Source: Candidatus Latescibacterota bacterium (GTDB taxonomy: Bacteria; Latescibacterota; UBA2968; GCA-2709665). From it: 64,000 nucleotides of DNA. Below, piece by piece: positions 60,497 to 64,000 of this stretch. Where the stretch lies: positions 1,344,001 to 1,408,000 of the forward strand of contig OZ242180.1 of assembly GCA_965205485.1 (NCBI GenBank). Direction: 5' to 3'. The notes below the pieces were generated by a model. It saw only the letters and a program-made list of their open reading frames with translations, did not search any database and was not told the DNA's origin. Each line of letters starts with the position of its first letter. Positions within the stretch are counted from its first letter, which is position 1. A program made the position numbers and the translations under genes.

Positions 60497-63400
60497 TCAA
60501 TCCTGCGCAATATACCCGAATTCCATGTCGTCCAACCACAGGACCTGATCGGGTTCTCCTCCTGATTCGAACGCGACGGTCACGGTTGTGTACCCCGGTT
60601 GGACGTCCAGCTCCGCCCCGTATCCGGTCCACGCCCGGGCGGGTCTGACGGGGACGTCGAGATGGGTACCCTGCTGTCCGGACACGGACACGCGGGCATG
60701 GGTGGCCGTGCCGCGCGCCTTGAATCGCATGTGATAACGGCCGGCCTTGCGCAGGCGCATCGGACGGCTCCTGAGCGACATGGGGTCCGTGTCCCGCGTA
60801 AATTTGAGGCAGGCGTTTCCTTCCGTAGCATCCTCGACGCTCCACGCGGGCCAGCTGAGATCGTGGGTGCGGGAGTGCTGCACGTTCCAGTAACGCGGCG
60901 GGTAATCCACGATGCCGGCTTCGAAACCGCCGTTGCAGAGCAGGTTGATGATTCTGCCCCGGTGGCTCTCGACAAGGAATGCCCGAAGATCCGGTCGGCC
61001 GTCAGGCGGATATCGTACGAAGACTTCCGCTCCTTCTCTAAGGCAGGCCCTTACGTGGCCCTTCCCGTACACGCTCACGTCCGGGTCCCAACGGTCCTGA
61101 ATAAGCAATTCCGCGCCTTCAGCGACGAGTTCGTAGACACCCGGCACGCACGGCGTGAACTCTTCGAAGGCGATGATATCCCCATTGTCCGCGATGGCTG
61201 TCTGCAGGGCCACAGTCTGCCGGCCGTCACCGTCGGGTAGCGTCAGGTGAAGCGGTTCCGGGGTCTTCGTCAGATCCGCGACCGGGTCGATCCACAGGAC
61301 GGACTCGCCAGCGTCCACCAGGTCGACTTCAACTCTCCCGTCACGCCACGTGAAATCGATGGGACTCGCGTTCTGCGGACGCGCCGGCGGGGAGACGTAC
61401 ACCGAGCCCGGCGCACGGGGAAGATGGATGGAGACACGCACAGGCGTCCGATGCCGGACCTGGATCTGCGCGGCAGCGCTATGGCGGTTGTAGCTTGCCG
61501 CCGCGTCGCATTCCGCATCGGCGGTCAGGAGAATCTCACCATCCTGGCTGAGCCGGGCGCCACCGTGAAGCAGCCAGCGATCGAGCCGGTTCCCGATATG
61601 GCTGACGTTGACGACCCTGCCGTCCGTATGAATACCCACGCCCTCAATGGCGCCGCCCTCCCGGTTTCGAAACAGGACGCATTCGGAGCGGTTCCCGGAC
61701 TGAAAGCTGACGCCATCGGCCCGGTCAGTCTCCAGGCGGCGGATATTATCGACTTTCGGGCCGTCCGTATCCTTGTACGCATGCAGGACCGCCAGGATTT
61801 GCTCGCTGGTCTTCTTCTCAGTCGTGGCCCGGATGTTCCACTGCTGGGGGAAGGCTTCGGTAACCCGGCACCAGTCGCGCGTCTTCAAAGGAAACGGCCG
61901 GTCGTTGTTCTGTATGTATTTCAGGGGGCCGTCCGCCAGGTGCCGGACCAGGAGCCGCTGGTTCCGCTGGCGGATGGTCATGGATTGACTGACCTCGTCC
62001 ATATCCGCGCGTTCGAAGGTGTTGAGCGTCCAGGAGAATTCCCGCGGTTCAGACGCTTCAAGGTCGTCGCAGATGACAAAGACGTCCGGGCGGATGAAGA
62101 GAACACGCCGTTGGAACTTCTCGAGCAACTCCCCGTACGCGCCGGAAGCGTCGCCGGTGAAGAAGCAGGCGTCTGGCGTATTGAAAAGAGCGGTTATCTC
62201 TCCCTTGTGGGCGATGCCCCGGCGCTGGCTTTCGCCGTCGACGAGGATGGCGTTATGCGCCTGTGTCGTCCGGGTCCATTGGGCGTGGTACGTGTCCCCG
62301 TAATAGGTGTAATATCCCGCGTCGCAGCAGAGTATCTCGCCGCCGGCGTGGATGACGAATCCGTTCTGGTCCTGGTGTGCGTGGCTGTGATCGCCCCACT
62401 GGCTGCTTCTGAAGAAGATGCGGCTGCTTCCGTGATCGTAGAACCTGTCGTACGCCGCGAGCTGGCCGACGTCGGGGAACAGGCGGGCCTGCACGACATC
62501 AACCGGCGGCCTGGGCCTGACGCCGCTGTCGGAGAGATACTGGAGCGGGAGATGCACCGGGTTGCAGACCCGTGAATCGCTCCACCACTTGACCGTGGGG
62601 TCCCCGGTCATCGCGGCCAGAAAAGCGGAAACGTACGTATCCGCATCGCTGCCGAAATTGGGATCGATCAGGGAATAGCAGTCTCCCCAGTGGTTCCACC
62701 AGTAATTGAGGGACATACAATACAACCAGAACGAACCGGTATTCTGCCACCGGGGTTCGCGGAAGACGTCCAGACCCGTTGCGGTCTTGAGTGCGGCCAG
62801 TGCCTCGAGGATGAACTGCACTTTGTGGCCGTATTTCTGACCCTCGGTATACCCGCCGTCGCTGCTTCCCCACGCAACTCGGTTGGCGTACTGGCGGATG
62901 AGGTAGTCGGCCCACTCCCGTGTACGCGCGGATTCGGTAGCCACGGCCAGGACCGTGGGAAGCAGCGCGTGCATGCACTGTTGCCCGTGGGAATTCTGGT
63001 AGTTCAGATGGATCTGAAGTCCTTCCCGGATCCACTTATAGGCCGCTTCGCAATGATACACGATGTGGTCCAGAATCGCTGAACGTTCCCGGGTCGTAAG
63101 CAGATCGTAGAGTCGATCGTACGCGAGGGCCATTCCCTTCAATCCGTATTCGTAGCAGTAGACGACGGTATCGTGCTGCCCGCGGTCCTCGAGGTGGACG
63201 TCCACGCGGAATTGAGCCAGAAAAGCCATCCACCGCCGCGCGGCCGCGGCATACTTTTCGTCGTCCGAGATCAGATACGCGAACGAGAGCGCATTGACGG
63301 TATCGGCGCCCCTCTTGAGTTCGGCGATCTGAAAGTCCGCCGGGAACATGGTGCGGCCGTCTCTCAGATGAAAGACCTGGCCGCGGCGTTCCCCCAGGTT

Positions 63401-63925
63401 CGCGGGCACGGACTGCAGGTTCAACCCGGGCGGGGCGATCTGAACCAGGGCGTCGGCCCGGTGTTCGAGGTGGCGCCAGGCTTCACGGCCCGGCCCATGC
63501 CTGCGGTCGCGGAACTCCTCCAGGGTTTCAGGGGTTACATAGATACGGGGATGGTCCGGCATCGCGTCGAGGATTCGCTCCGACGGGGGCACTGCAAGCG
63601 GTACGGATTCGGGCGTGACGTGAAAACGCCGCACGGGGCCGGGCAGGGACCGCTCGCCCTCTGGTGTCACAACGAAGTAACGCCAGTACCACGTTCCGCG
63701 GTCGAATTCGACCGGCGGGTTGAAGAACGGCATGTCGATGCCGGCGAATCGGAAGATTTCACCCCTGAAATCGGGACGCCTGCCGATCTCCACGATGTAT
63801 GTGGCGGCCCTGTCGTCCGCGCGCCAGATCAGGGACGGGGGATTCTGGATCGAGATGGAACCGTCAGCTGGCGTGATCGGCGGGTGCCGGTCGGGCTGAG
63901 GCGACGTGTCGACGGCGAAAGCCAA
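60497..63925 (-). CDS. DUF4962 / heparinase II/III-like polysaccharide lyase with a C-terminal CBM-like domain
   Basis: N-terminal QNPP..W beta domain, toroid with NSH, SHAHQDQNGF, AHNAILVDG, and a C-terminal NLL.NGGFE domain. Confidence 0.75.
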   Translation of the reverse strand: MAFAVDTSPQPDRHPPITPADGSISIQNPPSLIWRADDRAATYIVEIGRRPDFRGEIFRFAGIDMPFFNPPVEFDRGTWYWRYFVVTPEGERSLPGPVRRFHVTPESVPLAVPPSERILDAMPDHPRIYVTPETLEEFRDRRHGPGREAWRHLEHRADALVQIAPPGLNLQSVPANLGERRGQVFHLRDGRTMFPADFQIAELKRGADTVNALSFAYLISDDEKYAAAARRWMAFLAQFRVDVHLEDRGQHDTVVYCYEYGLKGMALAYDRLYDLLTTRERSAILDHIVYHCEAAYKWIREGLQIHLNYQNSHGQQCMHALLPTVLAVATESARTREWADYLIRQYANRVAWGSSDGGYTEGQKYGHKVQFILEALAALKTATGLDVFREPRWQNTGSFWLYCMSLNYWWNHWGDCYSLIDPNFGSDADTYVSAFLAAMTGDPTVKWWSDSRVCNPVHLPLQYLSDSGVRPRPPVDVVQARLFPDVGQLAAYDRFYDHGSSRIFFRSSQWGDHSHAHQDQNGFVIHAGGEILCCDAGYYTYYGDTYHAQWTRTTQAHNAILVDGESQRRGIAHKGEITALFNTPDACFFTGDASGAYGELLEKFQRRVLFIRPDVFVICDDLEASEPREFSWTLNTFERADMDEVSQSMTIRQRNQRLLVRHLADGPLKYIQNNDRPFPLKTRDWCRVTEAFPQQWNIRATTEKKTSEQILAVLHAYKDTDGPKVDNIRRLETDRADGVSFQSGNRSECVLFRNREGGAIEGVGIHTDGRVVNVSHIGNRLDRWLLHGGARLSQDGEILLTADAECDAAASYNRHSAAAQIQVRHRTPVRVSIHLPRAPGSVYVSPPARPQNASPIDFTWRDGRVEVDLVDAGESVLWIDPVADLTKTPEPLHLTLPDGDGRQTVALQTAIADNGDIIAFEEFTPCVPGVYELVAEGAELLIQDRWDPDVSVYGKGHVRACLREGAEVFVRYPPDGRPDLRAFLVESHRGRIINLLCNGGFEAGIVDYPPRYWNVQHSRTHDLSWPAWSVEDATEGNACLKFTRDTDPMSLRSRPMRLRKAGRYHMRFKARGTATHARVSVSGQQGTHLDVPVRPARAWTGYGAELDVQPGYTTVTVAFESGGEPDQVLWLDDMEFGYIAQD

Positions 63926-64000
63926 GGTCCGGTATCCTCTGGAATGTCGAAGTAAAGCGATTGAATGAAAGTGAAATCTCGTCGTTCTCGCGGTGTACGT

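Overview
High-GC bacterial chromosomal window with no rRNA, tRNA, CRISPR array or transposase recognised. The gene mix (PhyH, ACP plus hydrolase, heparinase II/III-like proteins, DUF5069, several TA modules) is suggestive of an uncultured Latescibacterota/Poribacteria/Gemmatimonadota-like, possibly sponge-associated organism; this is inference only. The centre (about 11.7-40.4 kb) is one co-directional bioenergetic super-cluster behind a near-consensus sigma70 promoter: nuoA-CD-E-F-G-H-J-K-L-M, then an Mrp-type Na+/H+ antiporter cluster (E-F-G-B'-B-C-D-D-small ORF-A/D-like) inserted between nuoM and nuoN, then nuoN and a complete F1Fo ATP synthase set. nuoB and nuoI, the Fe-S subunits that link the NADH module to quinone, are absent from the cluster. 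The left flank carries a sugar isomerase, PhyH, a free-standing ACP with an alpha/beta hydrolase, rhodanese, surE, an aldolase, an NCS2 permease fused to a degenerate RsbW-like domain near a STAS protein, an AKR-like protein, a Zn-ADH and a GNAT. The right flank carries a nitroreductase, TA/Fic genes (two antitoxins with apparently amputated toxins), Yip1, two large heparinase II/III-like proteins, a run of amide/ester hydrolases with a DegT aminotransferase, a triple-DUF5069 protein, a P-loop kinase and cutC. Three multi-copy MITE families, a REP doublet and short tandem repeats occupy the intergenic regions. All calls are from motif recognition by eye; no searches were run.
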